Source of the DNA: Epiperipatus broadwayi
Taxonomy: Eukaryota > Animalia > Onychophora
Reading direction: 5' to 3'
Length of the DNA: 64,000 bases
Assembly (NCBI GenBank): GCA_028023455.1
Contig: JAQFVV010000008.1
Coordinates: 9,486,001-9,550,000 of the forward strand
Numbering within the stretch: position 1 is the first letter of the stretch; each line of letters opens with the position of its first letter. Positions 13,721 to 28,568 of this stretch are shown here, piece after piece. The notes below the pieces were generated by a model. The model was given only the letters and a program-made list of their open reading frames with translations, had not been told where the DNA came from and did no database searches. Position numbers and translations under genes: made by a program.

Positions 13721-15336
13721 GGTAATAGTATGAATACTAAACCCTACCATTTGATGGCGCTTTTTTTCACCCAATGCACATCAATATACCGATTCATGGG
13801 CTGTCGATTTCTTTACAGAATACCACAGCAAAAAAAATTTTTTTTTCACTTTCTATACATAAAACTCGTATGGTTTTTTTTTTTTTGTTGCATTTTTAAC
13901 AAACACTTTGTTTTTATATGGTGTAGGGGAGGGGGGTTGGTTTGCTTTTAAATTGACTTTTTTTTTTGATTTTGAATTATCGATTTCTTTACATAATACT
14001 ACAGTAAATATATATATTTTTTTACCCCTTTCTATACATAAAACTCTTACGGGTTTTTTCTTTTCAATAAACAAATACTTTGTTTTTAGATTGTAGAGGG
14101 GGATTGGTTTGCTTTTAAATTATCACCGTTTTTTTGAGCTTTTTTAAAGTCTTAAACAATTGTTTTAATTAATAAACCAACAGTTGGTTTTTAGAGGGTG
14201 GAGGGGGATTGCTTTGGCTTTTAATTTTAGTATCTTTTGTCAATGTACTGGAAACTTCGCATATTAATTTTAAATGTGTTCGAATATAGAATACATATAA
14301 AGAGATAGATTAACAAAATATATGAATTGGAGGGGGGTTGATTTGCTTTTAAATTATCGACCTTTTATTGATTTTGAGCTTTTTTTTTGGGGAAAGTCTT
14401 ATTAATCAATTCATTTTTAATAAACCAACAGTTGGTTTGATTTTTAATTATCGTCTTTTATTTTCTTATTATGTTTTTATTTATGCTACCGAAACCATTA
14501 TATGATAGCGAAAAGTTCTTCCTTTACTTTTTGCTTTTTTCAAAAAGCCTTAAACAGTTTGTTTTTAAAAAACATTTTTTTTAGTGGAGGGGGAGTTATG
14601 GTTTATTTGACTCCAATAGGAGATGAGTCTTAAAGCTGTAACGGGATTTTGGAGCCACCCAACCAACTTCCCATACACAGACCCCACGTATGCTTGCAGG
14701 AGTGACAACGGAATTCCCCAGATCCTGTAGTTGACTAAAACCATGCTCCTCCCGCAAATGCATAACTTTGCATCTGGCAAAATGTTCTCTTTCTGGAAAA
14801 ACATAACAGCATCAACTTCTGTGGCTGGCAATCCACTCCCCTTCAACCAATTTTGAACACTTGCCACCAACATTTTACTGTCCTCGCATGGATTCACACA
14901 TAAACATGCATTTGCATGTAAACTTGGCAGAACTCTTCTGAAAACCCTAACCATTTCAGGTTGTGTGCAGTTCAAAATCATAGGGAAGAGTGCGTGATGG
15001 CCTGACAATTAATTCTTAATATGTAATACTAAATCCACTACGCTTTCTCAAAATTTTTCCACAGTGAATGTTTTGAGTTTCGCATCCTTCAAATATGGCC
15101 ACCATCAAATCAGACTGTAGCGAGTTGAATTGCGCTCACTTGAGGAATAGTCACAAGTCAATGGGCATAGTATTTCGTTATTAATTGTAGGATACATCAC
15201 CTCTAAATGGCCTGTTATGGCTCTACACAACACTGTTGTAGTGTTAGTCGTAAGTTAGGCCACTACAATAATATATTGATGTGCGTTGTGTGAAAAACGC
15301 CATCAAGTGGTAGGGTTCAGTATTCATACTATTACC
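13721..15336 (-). mobile_element. Merlin (ISXO2/IS1016-like) DNA transposon, internally deleted
   Basis: TIR GGTAATAGTATGAATACT(A/G)AACCCTACCA(T/C)TTGATGGCG... of about 68 bp; perfect 8-bp TSD ATCTTTTT (13713-13720, 15337-15344). Minus ORF 14565-15008 has LPATEVDAVMFFQKENILPDAKLCICGRSM (Merlin N-terminus). Tandem repeats with 176-bp period at about 13800-14460. Confidence 0.85.
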
Positions 15337-16402
15337 ATCTTTTTTCATTAGTCACAAAAAAATAAAAAATAGGTACTTTATTAAAACATATGTATTTGTT
15401 ATCAATCATTAATTTTTTAGTTACATCTTAACAAATATTAATAACACTATTAAAATTAATATATAGTAAATTAAATTTCAGATGAATCTTCAATTAAAAA
15501 AAAAATACCAAAGAAAAAGTCTCACTAATTCTCTTAATGATGAAAAGGCTCATTTATGTTAGTCTAAAATTGAGATAGTAGAATGAATGTTATGTTTAAA
15601 GAGTGGTAAACTACTACCAACAATAGCCTTATTACTTGGCCTAATTATTCTATCTACCTCTGGGAAGAAAACTTCATATACCTAAATAGTATGTAAATAA
15701 AATCATTATTAATTCTTTAAATTATGAAGTATATTATACAAGAAAAAACAAATCTTATATGCAGTTGAAATATAAAAACCTAGATTAGGAAAATGATAGT
15801 TTTTGACCATGTTAATTTTCTTTATCAGAATTCATCTCTAGTTCACAAAATAAACTTGATAATTTTAAAAATTTCATAAATTCCAAAGTTCATAAAGACA
15901 CATTTTTAAAACCCTGATAAAAATGTATACATAGAATGATAATAATTAATGAGCTTCATATAAAAACATTTATTATCATTGACAATATCTATAATATCAA
16001 TGTTCTCTGATGTCTTTAATTACAAAAAAGTTTCCAACTACATTGGTGTTTAATACTATTTCAGTTGACAATTTGGCAATATAAATATGATAGAATACAA
16101 TGCCTTTTTTACGACAATTAATTGTAATGATTTTATTAAGTTTCATCAATCCAATAGTGATGCTTCAGCCATGTTTTATGAGTACCTGTAATTGAAGAAT
16201 ATGACAACTGATTTATTCTTAACAGGTTAAAAATTCAAATATTATTGTGGAATAAGGTAGTATGATGTAGCAATATCAAAGAGTTTGGATATATTTTATG
16301 CATTTATTTTACACCCAATAAATGTTTTCTAGTAATATGAAATTTAAATCTTTGCCCAGACATTACTCAATCAAACAGAAGTGGACAGCACCTCTTTTAG
16401 AG

Positions 16403-18106
16403 CAGTGGTCTTCAACCAAAAAAGTTAGTACTAACAAAATAATAAGATTTTAAACTTTTAATTAACATAAAGTTTTTATTTTTTCATCGCACTTTTACCA
16501 GGTTAAAAAAAAAGAAACAGAACAAAAATGAAATCTAATCAATCATACATATATTAATTTGTTTTTCAATTTATCATAGATGTTTATGGAGGGGTAGAAT
16601 TAAATTTATTATTTTTCTAAAAAAATTCAAAATTAAAAAATAAATTATTATACAAACTCCAGTTGTCTTTTGATAGCCAATCACGGCCGCTTGTCGGCAT
16701 TGTTTATGTGTTAAAACAATAAAATGTAACGTTACCAGGCCGAAAATTTAAAAATACGGTGACTTTTTGATCTCTTAAATTTTTTCTACTCCCTCTGTTA
16801 ATACAATATTTCATTTTTAGTGGGTTTTTTTTGGCTTTAACTTTTATTTTTGAAATCAATTTTTTTTACCTTTTTTTCAAAATAAAAACCAAAAATAACT
16901 TCTATCTCTAACTTTTACAAAGTATTTCTCAACACCCCTCCACCCCAAAATAAAGTAAGATCAAAACTTTTGACTTTTTCAAGTTTCAGGTTTTTTTTTT
17001 GTTTAATTAAAACTACGGCGACTTTTTTTTGGCCTATAAGGTGATATCTTTTTTTCCTTTATTCGTATACCGCTAATATACTAAAACTTTTATTTTTAAA
17101 ACTAATTTTTATTACCTTTGTTAAAAAATAAAAACAAACCAAAAGTAACTTTTGTCTCAGTGAAGTCAAAAGTATTTCTCACCCCCAAATTAAAATAAGA
17201 TCTTTTTTGGCTTTAACTTTTATTTGTTAAATCAATTTTTATCACCTTTTTTTTTAAAAAGTAAAACAACCAAAAAATTTCTGTCTCTAACTTTTACAAA
17301 GTATTTCTCAATCCACCACCCCCAAATTAAAATAAGATCAAAACTTTTGACTTTTTCAAGTTTTGTTTTCTTTTTTTAAAAAAATACTCCCACTCTTTTT
17401 TTGGCATATAAGGCAATATATTTTTTGGCTTTATTTGTATGCCACTAATATACTAAAACTTTTATTTTTAAAACCAATTTGTTACCTTTTTTTAAAAAAC
17501 TTTTCCTATTAATTACATTTTTTGATCCTTTCAACACACCCCAGCACAAAAAAAAAAAAAATTACAATAACATCAAAACTTCAAACTTTTACACGTTTTA
17601 TTTTTTCAGATTTAAAATACATCAAATTTTTTTTTTTGGCTGTAAGGTGATTTTAATTACACGATTTCTATTTTGCCCTTACTACTATCAAAAGACAACC
17701 TCCATATATATATGACCATCTTGTATATTTAACATTAAATACAGATATTACATTTATCATAATCATTGCCATGTAATTACACTAGCTATGACATTTCCCA
17801 ACATTCAGGTGAATAACATTTTATTCTTGAATGTTTTAACAATGAAATAATAAACATAGAAATGCAAGCACATTAATGAGAACGATTGTTATTGTACTGT
17901 TTTCTGTGCTCAGCATGTGAAGGTAAGCAACACCATTACAATACACAATAACTAGTGTGCTGTTTTGGTTAGTTATAACAATTATGCTTATCTAAGGCTA
18001 AGCAGGCTGCATCTTTAAGAAAATTTATCTGTAAACTTCTGCCGGTCTGCAAAATCTTATCCTTATTTTTGCCGGTTTGCAGATGTGAAAGGGTTGAAGA
18101 CCACTG
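16403..18106. mobile_element. Non-autonomous hAT (Charlie-type) element
   Basis: Perfect 15-bp TIR CAGTGGTCTTCAACC / GGTTGAAGACCACTG. TSD ttttagag / ttctagag (7/8) with central TA. Confidence 0.85.
16661..17700. mobile_element. Nested TIR element filled with tandem repeats (GG-type terminus, superfamily uncertain)
   Basis: Ends agttgtcttttgatag / ctatcaaaagacaacc (15/16 inverted). Internal repeats with about 376-bp period (16827 vs 17203). No 8-bp TSD; only a tcc/tcc 3-bp match. Confidence 0.6.
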
Positions 18107-19659
18107 TTCTAGAGGAATTATCAATGTTCATTTTCATTAGAATGGTGACAGAGTTAACACATATTATAACATGACTTTGTTGTATCATTTATTATAAATC
18201 TGAATTTAAAACACATATATATTAAAGAACAATGCCTAATGATATTGAGATGTTCTATAATTTTGTTCGACAACTTTAGCAATAACTCAATTAAATTATT
18301 TTTTACATAAGTCAAATCACTTCCTCACACAGTATTATTTTACCAAGTATTGTGAAAACAGTTTATCAATAGTAAAGTGATTGATCATATATTTTTCAAT
18401 TACAGTTCACTTATTCACTCGATCCAAGTCCTTGTAATTTAAGGTTGTCAGAACACTTTAAAATCTGGTTAAATGACTCTTGAAAATTACAAGAGATAAA
18501 ATTAATTCAGATTGTGTTCCAGTATTGATATTATTCAACAAATGTATTTTTTAGAAAAAATGATGTTTATTATATGCTATAATTTCACATTTTCTCTTAA
18601 AGCAACTATTTATTTTTGCCTGAACTGTATGTTTGTGAAAACATTGATTGTATTCCATCAATGTTTATGTAGATTTTCAACACTCCCTTTTTAAATATGA
18701 TCACTCAATTTATTAAAATATTTTATTAATACTAAATGAATTATATTATATGCAAATAAATAATCAATCTGAAGAAACAGCAAAACATTTTATTGAATAA
18801 AACATGCATTCAAAAGCATATTTAATGAGTGCTCTCTTTTAATATTTCTTTTGTTGCTACACCAATATTTAATGTGTGATTTGATGTGTATTAATTCTGA
18901 AAGACATTGGGTTCTTAAATTGTAATATGTCAAAGAAATCAAATTTGAATTGGTTTATTAGAAACTTATTACTTTCTTCAATAACTTTATTATAATGTAA
19001 CTATACATATTAATAAAATCAAAGTATGTTTTTATTCAGACAAGAAAGGCTAAATTAGAAGACATTAATTTTCACTGCTAAAGAATAAATGTTACAAAGA
19101 CAGAAAAACAGGGGTAATTGTAAAGACATTTTAAAAAACAATATGCAATAAATTTTATAAAATGTGTACATTTAAAATGCAGAATCACTGATAATAATAT
19201 GCAATTAATAATTTGGGAAAAAAATATTGATAATTATCCAAAAAAAAAAAGAAGTGGTAAGCATGGCCAAAGACAAAGCTAGGAGGTTTATAATACTATA
19301 AACATAATTTACAAACAACTATAAATCAATAGATTTAGAAAATAATGAGTAACCACTATGAGCATTACATGTAATATAAAATGCATAAAAAAATTAAATA
19401 AGACCTCATAATTAATGAATTGAATCTTTTCATGTTAACAATTTTTAAGATATTTGTGGCAATAAACTAACTCATTCATAAATTACTGAGGAAAGCTGAG
19501 ATTGACTAGTTTTATGAAATTTGCTATTATCATTGATGTAATGATGACTTAGAATTTCAAATGAATATAAATCATAATTTGAGATTCATAAGTTGCAAGT
19601 GATAATGTGGCAAATGACACAATTTTCATGCCTCATCACAAAAACGTTTATACTATCTT

Positions 19660-19761
19660 GCATTGGTGGTCGAGAGGAAAGCGCGACTGCCTTGCACTAG
19701 TAGGCAGTTGCCCGGGTTGTGGATTCGCGTCCCGGCCAATGCTATGACACTTAAAAAAAAA
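19660..19761 (+). mobile_element. Short tRNA-derived SINE (or tRNA pseudogene) with A tail
   Basis: GCATTGGTGGTCGAGAGG...CCCGGCCAATGC forms a perfect 7-bp acceptor stem with an A-box-like start, followed by TATGACAC and an A-run. Second copy at 58876-58981 on the minus strand. Confidence 0.7.
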
Positions 19762-19779
19762 TTATCAGATGAGCTGGGT

Positions 19780-20800
19780 ACTACTTGGTTAAATTCAAAG
19801 CTAAATTTAAGAAAACGAAAGATAAATTACCTGATAATTATTTTTCTTGGAATGCTATGCACAGACAGAATTGATACAATTCTATTTCAAAGACTTCAGA
19901 TAAATGAATGATATGAGAAATCAATCATCCAGATATTTTAATAGTAATAACAGATTTTTATATAAAGTAATTTATTAAGGTATACCTACTAGATAATTCT
20001 TAACAAATGTCTAAACGTAAGATAATGGTGAATCCAAATATATGTTAATAGAAAGGGTAATTTATTACCAGGAAAAGAAAAAAAAAACATTTTATGAACT
20101 ACATTCAAAAGATCAACAGACATCTGTTGCTCTAATATCCGAGGCTGAATGCAGCCTATGTTACAAAGAATATAAAAAAAGATATTAGATTTTGGAATTT
20201 AAAACAATTCATAAATGGTTTAAGACCCAAATATGCTGTTAAAAAGACCAAATTATAACTACTAGATTATATGCAGGAAAAAACTATTTGATTTAGACAA
20301 TTTCACAGGGCTTCGGCTTAACTTCAAAAAGAAAAATGCAATAAACATTTTCAGAAAGAACTTCAGACTCAAAACAGACTTCAGATTTTAAGGTAATGGC
20401 ATAGTTTTATAAATAATACAAACAGAATCTATTTAAAAATATATATATATATAAATTTTATATTATTTTATTGATCATATTCACACAAAAATCTACAAGT
20501 TTCAACAAAATTCTTTGTAAATATGTATATGGACACACACATCAATATGTATGATGCTAAATTTATGCTGACAGTTAGTTGGAAATAAAGATGACATCAA
20601 AGATACTCTAAAGCAATGTGATAAATGGCTGAGAATGAAATACTTTAGAAATTTAGAATTAGACAAATTAAAGTCCTCTGGATTAAAAGTTCATTATAGA
20701 AATTAAGGAAGAGCACTGTAAGATATTAAACAAACAAATTAAAAGGCTGGCATGTGATGTATGGATAATTCACAAAAATTCAAAAACTAGAAATACTTTT
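19780..20800 (+). mobile_element. Degenerate LINE reverse-transcriptase remnant
   Basis: Fragmentary RT-like peptides with many stops; YAD-like motif near 20560. Confidence 0.3.
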
Positions 20801-23800
20801 TTGAGATTTCTAGATTTAGTGTATTTTTTCCAATCGAAAGGATAATCTACAGGATATTATTTTAAATGCAGCAAACAAGATTTTTGTTTAGTAATTAATG
20901 TTTAAAAAAAAAAAAAAAAAGTTTTATTACCAACATTAACCTTGGAGAAAAGGCAAACATATATCTATGAAATTAAATATTTTATTTATTTTAGAAATAT
21001 GCATTAATTTATTCAAAGAAAAAAAAAAAATCTCAGTAAATTTTAAAAGATCAAAGAACTTACTTTTAAATTTTGTTTTTCTAACAATTTTCTTCTTTTG
21101 GTATTAGAATAGACATATTCATTTACAAAATGTTGATGCTTAGAATAAAGATTCACTAATCTTTTTGTTAGTTTTATTTTGTACAGAAAAAAAGATTATA
21201 GCTTTTATTAAAACAATCAATATTAGGAACAAAAAATTAGCCCAGGTGTATATTTACTAAACTGCAAAAAATGAATAACGTTTCAAAAAACACACAGAAG
21301 TTTTTTGCTAATCCAAAATTATTACAGATTGAGTATTAATAATCTGTCAACCTTGGTTTAGAGCTTTTCTGGATTAAAAGATTTCAATACTTTTTGTATT
21401 ATACATTTGTCTATAAAATACTATTAATTGATGAAGACAGAATTTTTAAAAATATTTATTGGATATAATCAATTTTTATATTTATATAAAAAAAAATTAA
21501 AAGTTCAACATTTTTTAGAAATTTTGTTTTCTGGCAGTTTAAGTAACATTTAGGTTAAAGTTAAGTGTTAAACAATATTGGAGTAATCATTACAAATTTA
21601 ATTAAAAGAATTAAATGTTTTTCTTTTTCAGTTGCATTTTTGTAAGAAAAAATAAAAATCATATTGTATAAAAGAGATGGACAATTTTCTCTTGTAGCTG
21701 GAAATGACAAATTAAAAAACAAAAGAGAAACTAATAACCTAAGTAAATTGGTTTGTTTAGTTACTACAATGTTTATTTATTTATTTAAAAAATATTTATT
21801 AATTTAAGATTAAATAAAAAATGTTATTTGAGTAAATCTTAAATAAATTTAATCAAGGTAAAATATAATAAAGTTCAATGGTCAATTGTTGAATTATCAA
21901 TGCTCACTAAATTTTAGTAAACATAACAATAATTTTTTATTTTATTGGAATAGATCTGCCTCATATCTTATCCTCCTTGACATCTACAACTGATAGTGAT
22001 ACAGACTGTCTCTGATTGTTGTAGCATCTATACATTGATTTAATAATTAAAAAGACCAATTCAAATATGCAATACGATTTAAGCATAACTATTTTTTGCC
22101 TTTGTAGAGTTGGAAATTTAGATTTCAATTTCATTATTGAACTGTAATTTACAGTATTGTAAAATTATACTGCAACATAATACATATTACAAAAAAAAAA
22201 AAACTGATTGGTTTGTTTTTTGGTAGTTCACAAGAAGTTCAAATGCAAAAATCTTGAAGTTGAGCTACAATCCAGTCTTTGAACTCACGAATCTGCTACT
22301 CTATAATAAATCTGTTGAGTTTATATGAAATTTGATCACTGAAGGTAACAAAATTGAGTTGCAATCTGTGAACCTTGTGTTAGAAGTCCATTGTTCTATC
22401 ATTGCTCTAAATCATACAGGATGTTTATTGTAATTATTACTGGATAAAGAACTAAAATAGTAAAAATAACATTAAGGTCTACTATCCAAAAGTGTATGAC
22501 AATCTTTTTACCAATATTGAAAGTTACACCCATTATTACTTTTTTTTTATACAATTAACATAGTTGATGATATCTAATCTAGATTAGTTTTTTAGATATT
22601 TAATTCAAATTTATTTAGAAAATTTCCAATTGTCCAAAAAATCTTCCAAGTTTCATTTTGGAATTGAACTTTAAAAAAATAGCCAACTAACATCATAAGC
22701 TTTTACATATTAAAAAAACTATAAATTTTTAACAAAAATTCTACATGTGATAATCTATCAATAACCTCACTTCCCCAAATCAAGATTATTGATTTATTAA
22801 TATAATGAAGGGGGGAGGGGAGGGAATTATACAATTTAACATTTAATAAAAGAATATCTTCAAATTTTGCAACTAAAATCATTATTTTATTTTTCTAAAA
22901 AATAAATAAAATCAATTATAGATAAATGAAAATAATTTTAAGTTTTATTAAAAACTTTTATTTAAGACTTGTTTATTTGGGTTAAATTTTGTAACTGATT
23001 TTTAATCTATTTCTATTGAACATATTTTCTTCAAATTTTGTACAACTGTTCAGTTTCAATGACAATGCAATATATCAAAATTGCCCAACCTAATACTATT
23101 GGAGGCAGCACTTCAAGTTGAAATCAGTTTGACAAGTTTTGAATGATGCACAATAGATGGCACTTTTTTAAAAAATGTTTTGATAATTATTGTATTAAAA
23201 AGCATTTAAAATTAATTTTTAAAAAATAAAGGATGAAATTATAATTTCTTTATTTATTTAAATCTTATTTTTTTCTAACAGCTACCTTCACAAACACAAA
23301 AATCTTGGAACTGAGTTTTAACACGCACAAATTTAATTTCAAATATTACAACACCATTGCCTACATTCTGTTTTTAAAATTGAATATGAATAATTTTCCT
23401 ATTTATGATTTCAAAAAAATATGAGGATAAGATTCGAATACTAAAAAATAATATACATAAAAAATATTTGTTTCTTGAACCATAATTTTGATTATTATAT
23501 GTAACTTAAATAAAAGAATGGGGATTCCACAAATTAATTCAATTGCTATTTTTTTTGCTTAATAGTGATTGAATTAATTTATGAATGAATATATAAGAAT
23601 AAAAATTGTAATTCAAAAATTTTTTTTTGTTTTTAGTGCTCATCAAATTAAAACATTTAAAAGAAAAAAAATATATTGTTACCAAGGTTAGTAACTCTAA
23701 AAGAAAAGTGACATTTCAATTTTATATTATTTCTTATATAAAAAAAAATTGTAACACGTTTTCCATTACTAGTGTTTTAATTAATAATTATTTGATTTGA

Positions 23801-26335
23801 AGAATTTTGTCAATGACAAATGCAAATGATGAAATGAAAATTTGTTTGCAGATTGCCATTAAGAATTAAATAAAATTGTAGACTTAGAACACAGTACATT
23901 ATATGACAAAAATATGTAAATAGGTCCTTCTATTTTATTGTTTTGCAATAACAATCAATCAATATTATTATTATGAGTGTCTTTTTGCAGTCCAATTACT
24001 AGCAACCATTGGTTTTTATATTCAGCATATCATTAACAAGTATTCCAAATTTCTTAAAAATAAATAGTGATTCCATTTAAAAAAAAAAAAAAGGGGGGGG
24101 GGGAGGATATAAGATATAAATTACTATTACCATATAGGGACCTATATAAATTCTTTATCTAAATCATTTCACTCATGTATTAAAGAGGTATAAGTATATA
24201 TTTAACATAAATATTTATCATCTAGTTTTTTGAAATTAATTTTCTAAGTAAAAAACAATTTAAAACTGTTGATTATATTAATCAGAAAGGTTTATTGCAG
24301 TAATTAATCCATTATTTTGAAACATTCAAAATCTTCTCTATAGATGTTTGTAAGCCTTTAATGCCGGAATTTAGTGATTAATGGTTTACAAATTAAATCT
24401 CATATTTGTAATTATATTTTTTAGTACACAGTTTGAATAATGACTAATGTGAATCAAACAATAAAAATTTGGAGCAAGAGAATGGATTCTTATTCACTGT
24501 ATACCAAATACATTGACAGCAAAGATTTGTTAACTTTATGGGGCTGATTTTAATCTATTTATATGGTTTCTTGACTTGTCTATTTTTATCACATGTTCAT
24601 TTCTCAATGCATGTTCTAAGAATAGGGAGAGTTCATCTTTTCCATTTTTTACCTATGTATTTACTTTTTTCATATCAAAAAAAAAATTCTAGTTATAATT
24701 ACCCCCCCCCCCCCAATTAAAATTGCTGAAATTCTAGATTTACAACTTTTATTATATATATATCAATACAAAGTCAGCTAAAACAATCTTGTTTGCTAAA
24801 ACTTATTGAAAATATTACATATTTTATGTGTTCTCTTATATATATATTTTTAAAAAAATTGAAATATTTTGAATATAAGATTTTATAACAGTAAAATTTT
24901 ACATTTCCTGTATTGAAAGACTCTCAAGTTTAGGCTTTCCTTCTTATATTTCATTCACATAATATTTTAGCCCATTGATTCTATATTATTTGATATATAT
25001 TTTCCAATGAAACTTTTTTATTTCATTATTAAATAATTTCAAGAGCTTAGATTTTTCAGTTTACATGCTAAATGTTTATATAGTGAAAGATTTCAAAATA
25101 TTACACTTTATGATAATATATAATCACTATTTTTATTTTATATAGTGTAATTTTTCATTTCTTATTTTATGTACATTCAGATTACACAGAGCCCATTATA
25201 AAAAAGGTTAGGGTTTATATCTATATATTTATGCAGATTTTCAATATTATTATACATATTTCATATATATCTATAATTAGGATTTCTAATTTATATAATG
25301 ATAGATTTCATATTTTTTACTTTATAAATTTTCGATTGCATAAATGATACTTTTTTTTTTGCTAGATAAAAATGTTATCTATATCAATATCCATCACTAA
25401 TGACTGCATACATGAATGAGTTTTTAAAGTGATGATAATATGAATAAAGAAGCTCCAAATACAGATAAGGAAAATAATGATAATGAGGAAATATGCAAAA
25501 TATTTCTCTATCCTTGTCAATACAGAGATGTTAAAGTACTGAAATATTTGAATTGATTTTTGAAGCATTGTCCAAAAAATTATATGCAGATTATAATAAC
25601 TGGAAACCCATTTCTCTAAAAGAGTTGAGGCAGTTTTTTTGGATAGTGATATTATGAAGAATCACCAAAATGCCATATTACAAGTGGAACTCTTCAGAAA
25701 ACAAAATTTTCCTAAGTCTCCATATTTTCTTATTTGATGACAGGTAGCAAATATATATATCTTACTCATAAAATTTCTTCATTTTTCTGAAAATGAAAAA
25801 TTCAATGAAAATAACCATACAAATCCAAAGCTCTATTCTTCTATATAAAGTTCTGAAGTAGTTGAGCAAATGTTTTAAGTTTTTGTACCTTACAAATTAA
25901 ACTTTTAGTTTGGATGAAAGACTGATATTTTTCAAGGGTACCTTGAGAAAAAATAAATTACTTTTTTTTTGTGTCAACACTAAAATAATACTATATGCCT
26001 AAAAGGATAAGATAAAAAAAAAAATTAAATAATTAAAATATAAAAACATTTAATTATTTTATGTCCTGAGTGACTTAGTGGAGTATGGTCTCAAGAGCTA
26101 AAGATTTCCAGACTGAAGTTTAACTTGTCACTTCATATGACATGACCACCTGAGCAACTAATCATTTTATTATGTTTATTTTATTTCATTATTATTATTT
26201 CTTTCTATTTTGTAATATTGCTTTATGATGTTAAATTTCAAATTTTGTCAGAATTCAATACAACTGTCATAAAAAGAAATAGATATCTGAAAGTTCATCA
26301 AGTGCTCTACCTTGAATTGATTTTTAGAAAGGATA

Positions 26336-26439
26336 GAATATACTTAAATAAGGGCAGCATATATAGTTTATAATACAAACAAATTGTGAATATACTTAAA
26401 TAAGGGTAGCATATATAGTTTATAATACAAACAAATTGT
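26336..26439. repeat. 52-bp tandem duplication (2 copies, 1 mismatch)
   Basis: gaatatacttaaataaggg(c/t)agcatatatagtttataatacaaacaaattgt x2. Confidence 0.95.
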
Positions 26440-28505
26440 AACTTATATTGTCAAGTAAATTATCTAAATCTATCTGTTCATCTGTTTGGCAATATTTGAT
26501 TTGTGCATTAAACATAAATATTATAATTAAATACTAGCATTTTAAACTTAGATCTTGTAGATGTTAATATATATATTTTACACATAAATAACTTTAATAA
26601 TTATTTATCAACTTAAAATGCAGATTGGATTAATTTATAAAAAAAATGTTTCTGAGAAAATATTGAGACCTGATAATTGCTGAAATCAATAAAAAGAAAG
26701 CATTGAGCTTAATTATTGCATTCATAGTGATTTAAATAATTACTATTTTTTTTTAGAAAAGTTAATTTAGTTAAACTTTTATAAATATGATGATCATTTT
26801 TTTAAAGTTGTTTATTATTATTATTATGTAATCTATAGTTTTTAATAGAACATATATTCATCCATATTTTTATTATTAGTTTCTACTAAGATTGCTTGTG
26901 TATTTATATCTGATTTTAATGTTCTGCAAAATTCTTTTATAATTTTGAAAAGAACAAGAAACTCTAAACAGCCTTTCTATATTATCAAATTAAAGAATAT
27001 GCTAATTTTTGATAACTTGCTAAATTTATTGATAATTCATTGGCAAGAAGTGTTTTTTTTTTTTGCAAATAATTTGTGGGTGATGTAATATTTATATACT
27101 ACTATAATTGTCAATAAGAATATTGATTATTATGTGATTAAACAATATATTTTTCTTGAAAACTTATTAAAAAAATCTGAATCAGATTAAAAAAAAAATT
27201 ATATAAATAATTGCAAGTTACAAATTTAAAAGATAATTTTGCAACAGTTTTAAAAAATTGTTAGCTTTGATCATTTTTTAATAATAAAAACGTCAACTAA
27301 ATGATATTAAGCCTTTTTTTAATATTTCCCCTTAAAATAATGAATTTGTTAAATAAACAATTTTTTTTTAAATATGTATTTATTATATATATATATATTT
27401 TACTGATAACACACATACATTTATATATACAAATATAAAGCATTGATGTCAATAATAACCAAAAATAAAAAATAAAACAAGACTTGTAGGTAAGGAGTAA
27501 ATGTTAAAACTGATCAACAACAATTTTACCAGACCAGTATTACCGATATTTTTTTCCAATAGGTTGTTGAATAAAATGTGAATACAATGGAACACAATAG
27601 TAAAGTTTATACATCAAATAATAAAAAAAGTATAATAATTTATTTGAATAATAAATAGCATGAGGAAGAGAATGGATAAGATAAATATTATATTTATTTT
27701 ATAAAATATGACTTAAAATTTATGCAAAAATAATTTAATCACTTAAAAAAACACAAACAATGATCTTCTTAAAAAAAAAAAAGATTTTATCATAAAAAAA
27801 AAAAAAAATGAAAAAAGCATTTTAAAATTAAATATTTTTTTCAGAAAACTATTAATTTAAGAAGTCCATTTGCATTTCATCATGTATTACTGTTTATTCT
27901 TTGCGTTCCAATTCTTCTTGCTTTGAAAAATACATATTTATTTATACAAATAAATGTTTTAGATATCTACATATGACATCAACCAAGTGAATAAAAATAT
28001 CATTATTCAACCACATTTCCAGAGTATTTGATAATTAAATTGGATTTTAAGCCATAAATTATTTTACTGCAATTTGAATCACTGTGGTGCAACTTTATGA
28101 AAGTTTTAAACCATCAAGTTTCAAAATACTTTTACTCCTCTCTCCCTCATTTTTTTTAAAAAAAGATCTTCTGTTTCATACTCCACCAAATTCATTAACT
28201 GTTTTAAACTAGTTGTTTTTAAAGAGTGGGCAAAAAGCAAAAGATATCTGAATGTTTGAATAAAAAAAAAAAAGTAGTGAACATAATATAGGCCTGGTGT
28301 CATTGATTGGTTTTACAGATATCAATTATTTTATATGAAAAACTTGTGGATCTCCTCTTTTTTTTATTTTTTATATACACCTGAAAGGAAGAAAATAAAG
28401 CATTTAATCTTCAGTACACAACTTCAAAGAAGTCTTTTTCTTCATTGATTTTGGGATATGAAATTTATTACAGAGTAGCTTTGAAAGGGTAGGTAATGTA
28501 TTTTA

Positions 28506-28568
28506 TCAGTCGGAATGATTGAAAAATTCAGATGCATTACCACGACAAATAGGACAGGTACGATTTGT
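28506..28568 (-). CDS. RNF38: RNF38/RNF44-family RING-H2 E3 ligase, last coding exon
   Basis: ttttttcag|TNRTCPICRGNASEFFNHSD*; matches the family C-terminus NRTCPICR. Confidence 0.95.
   Translation of the reverse strand, partial: TNRTCPICRGNASEFFNHSD

Noticed and set aside
13800-17650. Regularly spaced repeats that might suggest a CRISPR-like array
   Set aside because: Units are long, internally continuous tandem repeats inside transposons with no unique spacers, in a eukaryotic context.
26066-26160. Possible decayed tRNA-SINE head (TGACTTAGTGG A-box-like)
   Set aside because: B box and stems are too degenerate to support a call.
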